Origin: Candidatus Amesbacteria bacterium RIFCSPLOWO2_01_FULL_49_25
GTDB taxonomy: Bacteria > Patescibacteriota > Microgenomatia > CAZETR01 > Amesbacteraceae
NCBI GenBank assembly: GCA_001773725.1
Contig: MEXP01000020.1
Coordinates: forward strand, 102,767-166,766
Direction: 5' to 3'
Length of the DNA: 64,000 bases
The notes below the pieces were generated by a model that saw only the letters and a program-made list of their open reading frames with translations, did not search any database and had not been told where the DNA came from. Positions 28,783 through 39,912 of this stretch are shown here, piece after piece. How positions within the stretch are numbered: the first letter of the stretch is position 1; the number at the start of each line of letters is the position of its first letter. The position numbers and the translations under genes were made by a program.

Positions 28783-28809
28783 GCGTCCCTAAGGTTTCAA
28801 ATACTACCA

Positions 28810-31800
28810 ATGCATTCTGTACGCCAATACTGGGGTAAACCATCTGGTCAACTGCCTCCCCTTAATCTAAACTCTATCCAATTGGACTCCTGGAAGTGGT
28901 TTTTAGAAACAGGCATTAAAGATGCCGTTTCCGAGATTACCCCAGTAGAGGACTTTACCGGCAAAAATTGGCTGCTGGAATTTTCCGACCACTCTTTGGA
29001 CAAGCCCTCTCTCACTCCTCAAGGTGCTCTTCAAAAAGGCCTTACTTATTCCATCCCTCTTCGTGTCAAAGTAAAGTTACTCAATAAACAAACTCAAAAG
29101 ACCAGCCTCGGCGAAGTTTTCCTGGGCGATATCCCTCAAATGACCGACCGGGGAACCTTCATAGTCAACGGTGTAGAAAGGGTAGTTATCAATCAAATCG
29201 TTCGTTCCCCGGGCGTTTACTTTGGCGCGGACCTCGACGCCGCCTCTGGAAGAATGCTTCACACTGCTGAACTTCGCCCGATTCGCGGCACTTGGCTGGA
29301 GTTTGAGATCTCCCGCGGTGATGTTATCTCCGTGCGTATCGATCGCCGCCGGAAATTTTTGGTCACCGTCTTACTCAAAGCCGTCGGCTTGTCTGATATG
29401 ACCAAACTCCGGGAAACTTTTTCTGTTGTCGACTCCGACCCCGATCATCACTATCTCGAAAGTACCCTCGCCAAAGACCTCACTAAAACCACTGAGGAGG
29501 CTTTGATTGAAGTCTACAAAAAAATGCGTCCCGGGGAACCTGTGGTTTTAGAAAACGCCCAACGTCTGATTTATGACTTATTTTTCAACCCCCGCCGCTA
29601 TGATTTGGGTCAGGTCGGTCGTTATAAACTAAACGGGCGTTTGGAACTAAACTCTGATCAGCTGGTTCTCACCCGCGACGATCTGATTTCCACGGTCATT
29701 TACCTCATTGGACTACAAAATGGCAAAGGTCGGATCGACGACATCGATCACTTGGGCAATCGCCGTGTCCGCTGTGTGGGAGAACTGGTGTGCCAAACCG
29801 CCTTTCGGGATGGCCTTTTGCGTCTCGAAAGGGCCATTAAAGAAAAAATGAGCCTGGTTTCCACTGAGGAACTAGTTGCTCCGACACTCCTTGTTAATGC
29901 CCGTCCCGTCATTGCCGCCATCAATGAATTCTTTAGGAGCTCCCAGCTTTCTCAGATATTGGAGCAAACCAATCCCCTTTCCGAAATTGACCATTTGCGC
30001 CGACTCACCGTCATGGGGCGAGGCGGAATTACTCGCGAGAGAGCTTCATTTAGTATCCGCGACGTCAATTCCAGTCAATACGGTCGCATCGACCCCGTTA
30101 GATCCCCGGAAGGCGCCAATATCGGTTTGGTGACGTACCTGGCTCTCGGTGCCCGGGTCAACAAATTTGGCTTCCTGGAAGTGCCATATCGAAAAGTTGT
30201 CCACCATAAGTCAGAATCACAAATAACGGACGAGATCGTTTATCTCACTGCCGATGACGAGGCGAATTATCACATCACCCACGGTAACCTCAAAACAGAT
30301 TTGACAGGTCGGATACTAGACATCTGGGTCCCCGTACGCTATCAGGGTACTTTTACAGAAGGCCCAATAAGAGAAGTAGACTTTGTAGACGCCGCTTCTC
30401 GCCAAATTGTTGGCACCTCAGCTTCCCTCATTCCCTTTTTGGCCAACGACGCCGCCAACCGGGCTTTAATGGGAGCCAACATGCAGACCCAAGCCGTCCC
30501 TCTTTTAAAGCCTCAAAGCCCGATAGTGGGTACGGGTATGGAGCAAGAAATCGCCGCGGCTATGGGCTGGTCAGTTTACGCCCGGCATTCTGGAGTGGTT
30601 ACTTTCGTCGACGCTACCAAGATAGCTGTTAAACTCGATTCTAAGCCTGTCACACCACCCGCCAATACAGAAAACATTGTCCTTAAAGGTGATGTCGAAA
30701 CCTACTATCTGACCAAGTTTAAACGTACTTCCCAAAGTTCTTGCTTCAATCAACATCCGACGGTTTCCATGGGACAAAAAGTATCTCTGGGTCAGCTTCT
30801 CATCGATGGCCCCGCCTCCCAAGACGGAGAATTGGCCCTCGGCCAAAACCTCATCATAGCTTACGCCTCCTATAATGGCCTGGGTTACGAAGACGCCATT
30901 GTTATTTCCGAACGCTTAGTCAGAGAAGATGTCCTTACTTCGATCCATATCGAAGAGTACGAGGCCGATATTGTAGACACCAAACTCGGGCCAGAGGAAC
31001 TCACCCGAGACATCCCCAATATCGGAGAGACTTTTCTCGCCAACCTCGATCATCAAGGCATAGTTACCGTCGGATCGGAGGTTGGACCAAACGATATTTT
31101 GGTTGGAAAAATAGCTCCCAAAGGCGAGACGGAGCTGTCTGCCGAGGAACGTTTGCTCCGTGCCATATTTGGTGAAAAAGCGCGCGATGTCAGAGACACT
31201 TCACTGCGAATGCCTCACGGGGAAAGGGGAATCGTTGTCGATGTCCAAGTCCTAAGCCGCGACGTCGGCGACGAGCTTCCTCCCGGTACCAACATTCGGG
31301 TAATAGTCAAAGTAGCTCAGATTAGGAAAATTAGCGTCGGGGATAAATTGGCTGGTCGCCACGGAAACAAAGGCGTTATCTCCAAAATCGTCCCGGTCTG
31401 CGATATGCCCTATCTACCGGATGGCACCCCTGTAGATATTATTATTTCTCCCCTATCAGTCCTGGCCCGTATGAACTTAGGCCAGCTCCTCGAGGCTCGC
31501 TTGGGCTGGGCACTTAAAAAGACTGGACAAAAAAGTGCTTTTCCCGTATTCGAAACCACCACCGAAGACCAAATCGCGAGCGAAATGAAAAAGGCCGGTC
31601 TTCCCGTATCTGGAAAAGTTATCCTTACCGACGGCCAAACCGGTTTACCCTACGAGGAACCGACCGTGGTAGGTATCGGTTATATCCTCAAGTTGCACCA
31701 CATGGTAGAGGACAAGACCCACGCCCGCTCTACCGGACCTTACTCACTGGTCACTCAACAGCCGTTAGGGGGCAAAGCCCAAATGGGTGGACAACGCCTG

Positions 31801-32115
31801 GGGGAAATGGAAGTTTGGGCTCTGGAGTCTCATAAAGCGGCCCACACTCTCCAGGAAATGCTCACCATAAAGTCAGACGATGTTGTAGGCAGGGCCAAAG
31901 CCTTCGAAGCCATCGTCAAAGGTATCGATATTCCCACCTCATCTGTACCGGAGTCTTTTAATGTCTTAGTCAAGGAACTCCAATCCCTTGGATTGCAGGT
32001 TACTCCACTAGGAATACAGGTCAAACCTGCAGATGACCCACTTACCCCCCCTCCCTCCGCCCCAGCCGACGATGCCGTTATCAGCTCTACCCCTCTACCA
32101 GTTTCAGATGACTAA
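28810..32115 (+). CDS. rpoB: DNA-directed RNA polymerase subunit beta
   Basis: 1101 aa. Typical RpoB blocks including the rifampicin-cluster region (FFGSSQLSQFMDQTNPLSE-like: RSSQLSQILEQTNPLSEIDHLRRL) and GDKLAGRHGNKGVISKI. Confidence 0.97.
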   Translation: MHSVRQYWGKPSGQLPPLNLNSIQLDSWKWFLETGIKDAVSEITPVEDFTGKNWLLEFSDHSLDKPSLTPQGALQKGLTYSIPLRVKVKLLNKQTQKTSLGEVFLGDIPQMTDRGTFIVNGVERVVINQIVRSPGVYFGADLDAASGRMLHTAELRPIRGTWLEFEISRGDVISVRIDRRRKFLVTVLLKAVGLSDMTKLRETFSVVDSDPDHHYLESTLAKDLTKTTEEALIEVYKKMRPGEPVVLENAQRLIYDLFFNPRRYDLGQVGRYKLNGRLELNSDQLVLTRDDLISTVIYLIGLQNGKGRIDDIDHLGNRRVRCVGELVCQTAFRDGLLRLERAIKEKMSLVSTEELVAPTLLVNARPVIAAINEFFRSSQLSQILEQTNPLSEIDHLRRLTVMGRGGITRERASFSIRDVNSSQYGRIDPVRSPEGANIGLVTYLALGARVNKFGFLEVPYRKVVHHKSESQITDEIVYLTADDEANYHITHGNLKTDLTGRILDIWVPVRYQGTFTEGPIREVDFVDAASRQIVGTSASLIPFLANDAANRALMGANMQTQAVPLLKPQSPIVGTGMEQEIAAAMGWSVYARHSGVVTFVDATKIAVKLDSKPVTPPANTENIVLKGDVETYYLTKFKRTSQSSCFNQHPTVSMGQKVSLGQLLIDGPASQDGELALGQNLIIAYASYNGLGYEDAIVISERLVREDVLTSIHIEEYEADIVDTKLGPEELTRDIPNIGETFLANLDHQGIVTVGSEVGPNDILVGKIAPKGETELSAEERLLRAIFGEKARDVRDTSLRMPHGERGIVVDVQVLSRDVGDELPPGTNIRVIVKVAQIRKISVGDKLAGRHGNKGVISKIVPVCDMPYLPDGTPVDIIISPLSVLARMNLGQLLEARLGWALKKTGQKSAFPVFETTTEDQIASEMKKAGLPVSGKVILTDGQTGLPYEEPTVVGIGYILKLHHMVEDKTHARSTGPYSLVTQQPLGGKAQMGGQRLGEMEVWALESHKAAHTLQEMLTIKSDDVVGRAKAFEAIVKGIDIPTSSVPESFNVLVKELQSLGLQVTPLGIQVKPADDPLTPPPSAPADDAVISSTPLPVSDD

Positions 32116-35100
32116 AACCCCAACCGATCATCTCGATTCATTCAAAAACATATACGACTTTAACAGTCTTCAGATTAAACTGGCTTCCCCGGATGCCATA
32201 AAACTCTGGTCGCACGGCGAGATTACCAAGCCGGAAACAATTAACTACCGCACCCTGCGGCCCGAAAAAGACGGCCTTTTTGATGAACGCATCTTTGGCC
32301 CAGTCAAAGATTGGGAATGTTATTGCGGTAAGTATAAACGAATTCGCTACAAAGGTATCATTTGCGATAAGTGTGGTGTAGAAGTTACTCACTCCCGCGT
32401 TCGTCGGGAAAGAATGGGTCATATTTCCTTAGCCTGTCCGGTCGCTCACGTTTGGTATTTCAAGGGTGCCCCCAGCCGCTTAAGCCTTCTCCTCGACGTT
32501 TCTCCTAAAGCCCTCGAATCAGTCATTTATTTTGCTCAATATATCGTCACTTCTATCGATATCAAATCTCAAACTGCGGCCATTGACAAGTTGAAAAAAG
32601 ATTTAACCCAAAAAACTGCCGTTATTAAATCGGACACACAGGAGAAAGTTCGCGATCTAGACAACTCCCTTAATCAGCAAATTTCCCAGATCAAAAGCCA
32701 AAACTTTCCCTCCGATGATGCCAAAGCCTTAGCTCTCGAACAAGCCAGTCTCAAATTCAAGGCCCTTATCCAGTCCAGCCGGGAGGCAGAGGCTTCAGAA
32801 ATTGCCAATTTAGGTAGCCTTTATGACCGTCTGGTAAATATTGTCAGCACTCTCCATGTCACTAGTATTTTAACCGAAGACGAACACCTAAAACTTTCCG
32901 AGTATCAAGCCGTCGACTTCTTAGAAGTGGCCATGGGAGCCGAAGCGATTTTGCAAGTTATCTCTAATTTGGATTTGGGCAGTCTCGCCGCCGCTCTTCG
33001 TCAGGAAGTAGCATCTGCTACAGGACAACGTCACATCAAAGCCACCAAACGTCTCCGAGTCGTTGATGGGCTAAAAAGAGCCGGAGTCAACCCCGCCTGG
33101 ATGGTTATGCGCATTCTCCCGGTCATTCCTCCGGATCTCCGGCCAATGGTCCAATTGTCTGGTGGTCGCTTTGCCACCTCCGATCTCAACGACCTCTATC
33201 GTCGGGTCATAAATCGTAATAACCGTCTCAAACATCTCATGGACCTCGGTGCCCCTGAAATTATTTTACGAAATGAGAAACGCATGCTCCAGGAAGCGGT
33301 AGATGCTCTCATTGATTCTAGTCAACGCACCTCACGGACCAACCGTCTTCCCATTGGTGCTCATACCAAATCCTTATCCGATATGCTGCGGGGCAAACAA
33401 GGCAGATTCCGCCAAAACCTGCTTGGCAAGCGCGTCGATTACTCTGGCCGCTCTGTTATCGTCGTCGGACCTGAACTCAAACTTCACCAGTGCGGCTTGC
33501 CCAAGGACATGGCCCTGGAAATGTTCAAACCTTTTGTCTTGCGCCAGTTAATCGTTAGAGGCTTGGCTCCAAACGTCAAATCCGCCAAAAATCTCCTGGA
33601 ATCTCGCCCCCCCGAAGTCTTCGATATTCTTGAGGAGATTACCCGAAATCACCCGGTCCTGTTAAACCGCGCTCCCACTCTGCACAAGCTATCTATTCAA
33701 GCTTTCTACCCTCTCCTTATCGAAGGGTCGGCCATTAGAATCCACCCTTGTATTTGCTCGGGATTCAACGCCGATTTTGATGGCGACCAAATGGCCGTTC
33801 ATGTCCCCCTAAGTTCCCAAGCCATAACCGAGGTCGAATCCCTCATGCTTCCTCAGCATAACCTCCGAAAACCTGCCGATGGTACCCCTATTTCCATTCC
33901 CTCTACCAAAGAAATGGCCCTCGGCAACTATTTCCTTACTTCAGTTGACTCCCGATCTCCAGCTTATCCCAGCGCTTTCTCTTCTTACGACGAAGCGGTT
34001 CTCGCCTATCATACTGGACATCTCAAACTCCGCCAAGCTATTAAGTTCCCCCTTAATGGTCAAATTATTGATACTACCGTTGGTCGACTCATTTTCAACA
34101 ACATTCTTCCCCAACCTTTGCGCTATGTCAACGAACCGGTTCGTCGCTCCACCATTACTCAGCTCTTTCATAAAGCCTTCCAAATCTACGCTCAGGATGT
34201 CGGAGTAATCACTCAGCTCATTGATGACATCAAATCATTAGGCTTCTGGGCCGGCACACTCTCCGGTTTGTCGGTTAGTGTTACAGACTGCATAATTTCC
34301 TCCCAAAAAGACGGCATAGTAGCGGCCGCCCAGTCTCAAATCGCTGAAATTGAGCAAAATTACTCCATGGGTCTCATCACTCTGGAAGAAAAACGCCGCT
34401 TGTCTCAGGGCGTGTGGTTAGAAACCACTGAAAAGTTAGCCGATATCACCTGGTCTCTTCTCGATGAGCACAATCCCATTCGCCAGATTGTAGATACTGG
34501 AGCCACCAAAGCCTCTCGCGAGCAGGTAAAACAGCTCTCTGCCATGCGCGGGCTTGTCGTCGATCCCTTAGGCCGTATCGTCGACCTGCCCATCAAAAGT
34601 AATTACCGCCAAGGGTTTTCCACTTTTGAATACGTTACTGCAGCTCGTGGCGAACGCAAGGGTTTGTCTGACACAGCCATTAGAACTGCCGACGCAGGCT
34701 ACCTCACCCGTCGTTTGGTAGACGTCGCCCACGATGCGATAATTCGTCAGGAAGACTGTGGTACTACCTCAGGCCTCACAATTTCTCGTCACGGTCGTCG
34801 ATCAAAGGTTTTCAAAAACCGAATCTTTGGTCGAATCCTCGCTCAAGATGTTACCTCTCCCAAATCCAAAAAAGTCATCGTCAGGCAAGGAGAAATGATT
34901 TTGGAGAACCATCTCTCCCTTTTTGACAAAGATGAAATTTCTGAAGTGGTCGTTCGAACTCCCCTTACGTGCAATTCCAAATACGGACTCTGTTCACACT
35001 GTTATGGCCTCAGCCTCTCTACCATGTCTTTATCCAAAATTGGCGACCCCGCAGGCGTCGTTGCCGCTCAAAGCATCGGCGAACCTGGCACGCAAATGAC

Positions 35101-35854
35101 CCTCCATGGCAAAACTTACGCCAAATCGGCCGGCGCCGTAGACGTTACCCAAGGCTTGCCCCGCATCGAGGAATTGTTCGAAGCCCGCACTCCAAAATTT
35201 GTCTCCCCCCTAACTGAAATTTCCGGAAAAGTAGAAATCATTGAGACCGACAGCGGCTACAAAGTCCGCCTTAGAAACACCACCGTCAAGCCGGTAGAGG
35301 AACGGGAGTATCTCATTCCCCTGACCGCTGAGCTTCGCGTTTCCGATGGCGACCTCATTTCAGTCGGCACTCAATTGGCCGCGGGTTCCTTGGATATTAA
35401 AGAAGTCTTGGAAGTTCGCGGACTGCGTGGCGCCCAGGAGTATCTAATTGAAGAAATCCAATCTGTTTACGAATCCCAGGGTGTCCCCATTCACGATAAG
35501 CATTTCGAGGTCATAGTCAGAAAAATGAGCGATAGGGTAAGAATTATTTCCCAAGGCGACACTACTCTTTTACCCGGTGACATCGTTGACCGTGTGATTT
35601 TTGAAAGCGAAAACACTCGCGTTTTAGCCGCCGGAGGTGAACCGGCTACCGCTCAAATTGTCATCCTGGGGATAACTCGTGCAGCCCTCAAAACAAGTTC
35701 TTGGCTATCAGCCGCCTCGTTTATCGAAACTACCTCCCAGTTAGCCGACGCCGCGCTAGAAGGCCGCATCGATCCCTTAATGGGTCTTAAAGAAAATGTG
35801 ATTATCGGTCGTCTCATTCCCACCAGCCCGGAGCGGGCGGCCATTATTAAGTAA
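32108..35854 (+). CDS. rpoC: DNA-directed RNA polymerase subunit beta'
   Basis: ATG at 32108 overlaps the rpoB stop (ATGACTAA). Zn-binding [23 protein letters not shown] and catalytic [14 protein letters not shown]. Confidence 0.97.
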   Translation: MTKTPTDHLDSFKNIYDFNSLQIKLASPDAIKLWSHGEITKPETINYRTLRPEKDGLFDERIFGPVKDWECYCGKYKRIRYKGIICDKCGVEVTHSRVRRERMGHISLACPVAHVWYFKGAPSRLSLLLDVSPKALESVIYFAQYIVTSIDIKSQTAAIDKLKKDLTQKTAVIKSDTQEKVRDLDNSLNQQISQIKSQNFPSDDAKALALEQASLKFKALIQSSREAEASEIANLGSLYDRLVNIVSTLHVTSILTEDEHLKLSEYQAVDFLEVAMGAEAILQVISNLDLGSLAAALRQEVASATGQRHIKATKRLRVVDGLKRAGVNPAWMVMRILPVIPPDLRPMVQLSGGRFATSDLNDLYRRVINRNNRLKHLMDLGAPEIILRNEKRMLQEAVDALIDSSQRTSRTNRLPIGAHTKSLSDMLRGKQGRFRQNLLGKRVDYSGRSVIVVGPELKLHQCGLPKDMALEMFKPFVLRQLIVRGLAPNVKSAKNLLESRPPEVFDILEEITRNHPVLLNRAPTLHKLSIQAFYPLLIEGSAIRIHPCICSGFNADFDGDQMAVHVPLSSQAITEVESLMLPQHNLRKPADGTPISIPSTKEMALGNYFLTSVDSRSPAYPSAFSSYDEAVLAYHTGHLKLRQAIKFPLNGQIIDTTVGRLIFNNILPQPLRYVNEPVRRSTITQLFHKAFQIYAQDVGVITQLIDDIKSLGFWAGTLSGLSVSVTDCIISSQKDGIVAAAQSQIAEIEQNYSMGLITLEEKRRLSQGVWLETTEKLADITWSLLDEHNPIRQIVDTGATKASREQVKQLSAMRGLVVDPLGRIVDLPIKSNYRQGFSTFEYVTAARGERKGLSDTAIRTADAGYLTRRLVDVAHDAIIRQEDCGTTSGLTISRHGRRSKVFKNRIFGRILAQDVTSPKSKKVIVRQGEMILENHLSLFDKDEISEVVVRTPLTCNSKYGLCSHCYGLSLSTMSLSKIGDPAGVVAAQSIGEPGTQMTLHGKTYAKSAGAVDVTQGLPRIEELFEARTPKFVSPLTEISGKVEIIETDSGYKVRLRNTTVKPVEEREYLIPLTAELRVSDGDLISVGTQLAAGSLDIKEVLEVRGLRGAQEYLIEEIQSVYESQGVPIHDKHFEVIVRKMSDRVRIISQGDTTLLPGDIVDRVIFESENTRVLAAGGEPATAQIVILGITRAALKTSSWLSAASFIETTSQLADAALEGRIDPLMGLKENVIIGRLIPTSPERAAIIK

Positions 35855-35877
35855 GATATATAAGATATAATTGTCTC

Positions 35878-36312
35878 ATGCCTACAATCAACCAATTAGT
35901 CAGATTCGGGCGTCGCCCCCGTCCCAACAAGATTCGAGCCACGGCTCTTCGCCGCTCTTTCAATTCCAAAGACCGCCGTTTCATTTCCAATATGAACCCC
36001 CTCAAAAGAGGGGTTATCACAGTGGTCAAAACCATGACTCCCAAAAAACCAAATTCGGCTTTACGTAAAATCGCCCGGGTTAGGCTTTCCAATAGAACCG
36101 AGGTTACAGCTTACATCCCAGGAATTGGCCACAACCTGGCTGAGCACGGCATAGTTCTTGTTCGGGGAGGCCGGGTCAAAGATTTGCCCGGAGTCAAATA
36201 CCATATTGTCAGAGGCAAGTTCGATGCAGCCGGCGTCGAAAACCGTCGCCAAGGCCGCTCTCGTTACGGCACTAAATCTATTTCCGGACCCAAAGTCGCC
36301 GCCGCCTCTTAA
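35878..36312 (+). CDS. rpsL: 30S ribosomal protein S12
   Basis: [13 protein letters not shown]...KKPNSALRK... Confidence 0.95.
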   Translation: MPTINQLVRFGRRPRPNKIRATALRRSFNSKDRRFISNMNPLKRGVITVVKTMTPKKPNSALRKIARVRLSNRTEVTAYIPGIGHNLAEHGIVLVRGGRVKDLPGVKYHIVRGKFDAAGVENRRQGRSRYGTKSISGPKVAAAS

Positions 36313-36316
36313 AAAT

Positions 36317-36793
36317 ATGCGCAGTAAACCAGCCCCCAAAAAATCACTCTTACCTGACCCTGTCTATCATCACCATCTGGTAAGTCAACTCATCAATCGC
36401 TCCATGTATAGCGGCAAAAAAACCGTCACCATCAAAGCCGTTTACGACATGATGGATATCATAAAATCCAAAACAGGCCTCGACCCGTTACCCCAACTTT
36501 TAAAAGCTATCGAAAACATTTCCCCTCAAATGGAAGTCCGGGCCAGACGCATCGGGGGAGCCGCCTATCAAGTACCTTCCCCTGTCAGAGCCGGCCGCAG
36601 AGACTCACTTGCTATTCGTTGGCTAATTACCGCCGCTCGCAACCGCCCCAATTCAGAATATCATTCATACTCCAATAAGCTTGCCGCGGAAGTTTTAGAC
36701 GCCGCCGGAAGTACCGGAGCTGCCGTCAAGAAAAAGTTAGATACTCACAGAATGGCCGAAGCCAATAAGGCTTTTGCCCATTTCAAATGGTAA
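36317..36793 (+). CDS. rpsG: 30S ribosomal protein S7
   Basis: MRSKPAPKKSLLPDPVYHHHLVSQLINRSMYSGKK...; the track ORF 36158..36793 is an N-terminally extended artefact overlapping rpsL. Confidence 0.93.
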   Translation: MRSKPAPKKSLLPDPVYHHHLVSQLINRSMYSGKKTVTIKAVYDMMDIIKSKTGLDPLPQLLKAIENISPQMEVRARRIGGAAYQVPSPVRAGRRDSLAIRWLITAARNRPNSEYHSYSNKLAAEVLDAAGSTGAAVKKKLDTHRMAEANKAFAHFKW

Positions 36794-36799
36794 GCTGAT

Positions 36800-37402
36800 A
36801 TGGCGCGCTATATTGGTCCCAAAAACAGACTATCCCGAAGGGAAGGTTTAGATTTATTCGGCAAAGGCAATAAACTCCGTCGCTCATCCCAGGCCCCGGG
36901 TCAGCACGGACCTAAAGGTGCCCGGAGACGTAGTTCGGAATTTGGCACACAGCTCAGAGAAAAGCAGAAAACTAAGCGGCTTTATGGTATAATGGAAAGA
37001 CAGTTTAGTCGGTACTTTGGTTTTGCCGCTAAAGTTCCCGGCAAAACCGGTGAGGTACTCCTGCGCCTCCTCGAGACCAGATTAGACAACGTTGTCTATC
37101 GCTTGGGTCTAGCCCCAACCAGGGCCATGTCCAGGCAACTCGTGTCTCATGGACACGTCTTGGTAGGTGACAAAGTGGTCAAAAGCCCCTCATACCAAGT
37201 CCAGGTTGGGGATTTGATTACTCTTGATACCAAGGCCAAAAAAATACCTGCCGTAGCCGTCCGGATGTCCGATAGTAAGATTGTTCCTCCTGCCTGGCTA
37301 GAAAGGCAGGCCGAAACGGGCAAAGTTTTGTCCTTTCCAGTTCGCTCTCAGATAGACACACCTGTCAATGAGCAGCCGATTGTTGAATTTTATTCGCGTT
37401 AA
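36800..37402 (+). CDS. rpsD: 30S ribosomal protein S4
   Basis: MARYIGPKNRLSRREGLDLFGK... Confidence 0.95.
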   Translation: MARYIGPKNRLSRREGLDLFGKGNKLRRSSQAPGQHGPKGARRRSSEFGTQLREKQKTKRLYGIMERQFSRYFGFAAKVPGKTGEVLLRLLETRLDNVVYRLGLAPTRAMSRQLVSHGHVLVGDKVVKSPSYQVQVGDLITLDTKAKKIPAVAVRMSDSKIVPPAWLERQAETGKVLSFPVRSQIDTPVNEQPIVEFYSR

Positions 37403-37424
37403 ATCTACAATTCCTTACCCAAAA

Positions 37425-38342
37425 ATGATCGCCACCCAATTTACTATCCAATCACAAGCCGCTTCTCCCCGCTCGGCCCAATACGTGATAGAGCCTCTTC
37501 CCCAAGGATTTGGGCATACCTTGGGCAATTCGCTTCGTCGTGTTCTCTTTACATCCATCCCCGGTGCCGCCATTACTACCGCTTCCATCCCCGGTGCTAA
37601 TCATCAATTTGCTACCCTCCCCGGGGTTCAGGAGGACGTCGTTCAATTGGTGTTAAACCTCAAACTTGTCCGCCTAACTTATACCGGGTCTGAACCAGTT
37701 CGAATCACCATTTCCGCCAAAGGTCCGGGTACTGTTACAGCCGGCGATTTTCAAACTCCCCCATCAGTCACCATTGCCAATCCAGAGTTGGTTTTGGCCC
37801 ATCTTTCAGACAAATCAGCCAAACTAGAATTAGAAGCCACCGTAGAAACTGGGCTTGGATACTCTCCCGCCGAGGATCGCCAGGTTACAACTATCGGCAT
37901 GATTCCTCTCGACGCTTCTTTTACTCCTGTCACCATCGTGAATTTTTCCGTCGAAGCTACCCGCGTCGGCCGTGTCACCAACTTCGACAAACTGATTTTA
38001 GACATTACCACGGATGGCACAATCTCCCCCTCCCAGGCCCTTAAGCAGGCATCGCTTACTTTAGTAGATTATTTTACTGTCCTCTCCAACCCCGATTCCG
38101 TTATTCCTCCGCCAGGTCCTTTCTCAGATTCGAAACAGCCCAGCTCCAGCCCTGCGTTATCGATAGAGGAGCTGGATCTGCCGACTCGTATCGCCAATGC
38201 TTTACAAAAAGCCGGCCTGGAAACGGTCTCTCAACTCTTGGCCACTCCTCGCTCAGAACTGGCCAAAGTCAAAAATCTTGGCTCCAAGTCGGTAAAAATT
38301 ATTGATTTAGCTCTTAAAGACAAAGGTTTTGAACTAATCTAA
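37425..38342 (+). CDS. rpoA: DNA-directed RNA polymerase subunit alpha
   Basis: Start at MIATQF (ATG 37425), 25 aa before EPLPQGFGHTLGNSLRRVL; C-terminal alpha-CTD (ELDLPTRIANALQKAGLETVSQLL). Confidence 0.9.
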   Translation: MIATQFTIQSQAASPRSAQYVIEPLPQGFGHTLGNSLRRVLFTSIPGAAITTASIPGANHQFATLPGVQEDVVQLVLNLKLVRLTYTGSEPVRITISAKGPGTVTAGDFQTPPSVTIANPELVLAHLSDKSAKLELEATVETGLGYSPAEDRQVTTIGMIPLDASFTPVTIVNFSVEATRVGRVTNFDKLILDITTDGTISPSQALKQASLTLVDYFTVLSNPDSVIPPPGPFSDSKQPSSSPALSIEELDLPTRIANALQKAGLETVSQLLATPRSELAKVKNLGSKSVKIIDLALKDKGFELI

Positions 38343-38348
38343 TGCAGC

Positions 38349-38771
38349 ATGCCTCATTCTATCTTTGGTCGCAAATTATCTCGTGACACCGATCAGCGCC
38401 TGGCCCTTCTCAAAGGATTGGCAGGGGCTCTTATTCGTTCCGAAGCTATCGAAACTACAGAAGCCAAAGCCAAAGCCGCCAGGGATTTAATTGAAAACCT
38501 CATTACCAAAGCCCGTCGAGCCACCCTAAACGACATTCGTCTGATCGAATCGGTTATTACCGACAAAGAATTAGTCTACAAACTGGTTCACGATATCGCC
38601 CCCAGGTTTAAGACCCGAGCCGGGGGTTATTTACGCCTCATCAGAATGGGCATCAGATCAGGCGATAACGCCACCATGGTTCGTATGGAACTGGTTTCTC
38701 CCAAGCAAGTATCCCAAAAACCAAACCCCAAGTCCAAATCCTCAAGCAAGAAATCTTCTCCAAAGAAATGA
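38349..38771 (+). CDS. rplQ: 50S ribosomal protein L17
   Basis: HSIFGRKLSRDTDQRLALLKGLAGALIRSEAIETTEAKAKA... Confidence 0.93.
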   Translation: MPHSIFGRKLSRDTDQRLALLKGLAGALIRSEAIETTEAKAKAARDLIENLITKARRATLNDIRLIESVITDKELVYKLVHDIAPRFKTRAGGYLRLIRMGIRSGDNATMVRMELVSPKQVSQKPNPKSKSSSKKSSPKK

Positions 38772-39187
38772 AAACATTTGCCCCCAAGTCATCCCAGATC
38801 ACCCGCTCCTGGCATCTCATCGACGCCAAGGATGCAGTTCTCGGCCGGCTGGCTACCCACGCCGCCTCTCTCCTCATGGGCAAATCTAAGACTTCATTTT
38901 CCCGCCACCTGGATATGGCCGACCACGTGGTAGTTATAAATGCGAGCTCGGTAAAAGTTACCGGCCGCAAAGAGACCCAAAAACTTTACCGCCGCCACTC
39001 CGGCTATCCGGGTGGAATGACGGTTTTCCCCCTGTCTTATGTTCGCCAGCACCACCCCGACCGCATTATTATCCACGCCATATCCGGCATGTTGCCCAAA
39101 AACAAGCTCCAGGATCGCCTCCTCAAACATTTACATATCTATCCGGGTTCAGAGCACCCCTATGTCAAACACTTCAAACAAGCCTAA
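38768..39187 (+). CDS. rplM: 50S ribosomal protein L13
   Basis: MKTFAPKSSQITRSWHLIDAKDAVLGRLATHAA...; start overlaps the rplQ stop (ATGA). Confidence 0.93.
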   Translation: MKTFAPKSSQITRSWHLIDAKDAVLGRLATHAASLLMGKSKTSFSRHLDMADHVVVINASSVKVTGRKETQKLYRRHSGYPGGMTVFPLSYVRQHHPDRIIIHAISGMLPKNKLQDRLLKHLHIYPGSEHPYVKHFKQA

Positions 39188-39575
39188 AATTTACGCTTCA
39201 GCCATAGGTCGCCGCAAAGAATCCACCGCGGCCGTCCGCTTTGTTTCCGGCTCTGGTCAGATTCTGGTCAACGGTCGCCCCGCCGTTGACTACTTCCAAA
39301 AAAATCCCTCTGCCATATCCCGTCTCAGTTTGCCCTTTTCCACCGTCAAAGTTTCCAAATACAACGCGCTGGTTTCAGCCCATGGCGGGGGGTTTACCGG
39401 CCAACTGGATGCCACCGTCTTGGCCGTATCCCGGGCACTAGTCCAAATCAAAGCCGATTATAAGTTACCTCTTCGTAAAGAAGGGCTGTTAACCCGCGAT
39501 TCCCGCACCCGCCAGCGCCGCATGGTAGGGACAGGCGGCAAAGCCCGTCGCCAGAAACAATCCCCCAAACGCTAA
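39162..39575 (+). CDS. rpsI: 30S ribosomal protein S9
   Basis: True start MSNTSNKPKIYASAIGRRKESTAAVRF...; ends ...GGKARRQKQSPKR. Overlaps the rplM 3' end by 26 nt. Confidence 0.9.
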   Translation: MSNTSNKPKIYASAIGRRKESTAAVRFVSGSGQILVNGRPAVDYFQKNPSAISRLSLPFSTVKVSKYNALVSAHGGGFTGQLDATVLAVSRALVQIKADYKLPLRKEGLLTRDSRTRQRRMVGTGGKARRQKQSPKR

Positions 39576-39579
39576 CAAC

Positions 39580-39801
39580 ATGACAGTAACTTTTTCAGGC
39601 TGCAAAGAAACAGGATGCAATTTGGAAAGATTCCTCAACAGTAAAGGTAATCTCCCCGAGGGGTTGAAGATCACTTGCCGTGGCTGCTATCAGATAGGAG
39701 AGGTTGAGGTGACCGATTCTGGTGACTTTACATTAGAAATGCAACCCATGCACCCCCTTCTGATTAGTTATTGGCAAAGTCTCAAAGCTCACCTGAGTTA
39801 A
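39580..39801 (+). CDS. Hypothetical small Cys-containing protein (possibly spurious)
   Basis: 73 aa with Cys at CKETGC...CRGC; no recognisable family. Confidence 0.25.
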   Translation: MTVTFSGCKETGCNLERFLNSKGNLPEGLKITCRGCYQIGEVEVTDSGDFTLEMQPMHPLLISYWQSLKAHLS

Positions 39802-39832
39802 ATCAACTTCAACTCTGCTAAAATAGCTTCGC

Positions 39833-39903
39833 CGGGGCGGAGTTTGACGGTAGAACGCGCGCATGGGGTGCGTGTAGAGGCAGTTCAATTCTGCCCGCCC
39901 CGA
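39833..39903 (+). tRNA. tRNA-Pro (anticodon GGG)
   Basis: Cloverleaf folded by hand. Acceptor CGGGGCG / CGCCCCG (7 WC pairs). D-arm GTTT/GAAC with loop GACGGTA. Anticodon stem CGCGC / GCGTG with loop ATGGGGT, where T33-GGG-G37 resembles the E. coli tRNA-Pro loop CATGGGGTG. 4-nt variable loop. T-arm GGCAG-TTCAATT-CTGCC. Discriminator A. Position 8 is G, which is atypical. No encoded CCA. Confidence 0.7.
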
Positions 39904-39912
39904 CTTTTAGTT

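Noticed and set aside
36158-36793. 211-aa ORF from the track for S7
   Set aside because: Its first 53 codons overlap the rpsL 3' end in another frame. The conserved S7 N-terminus MRSKPAPKK begins at 36317.
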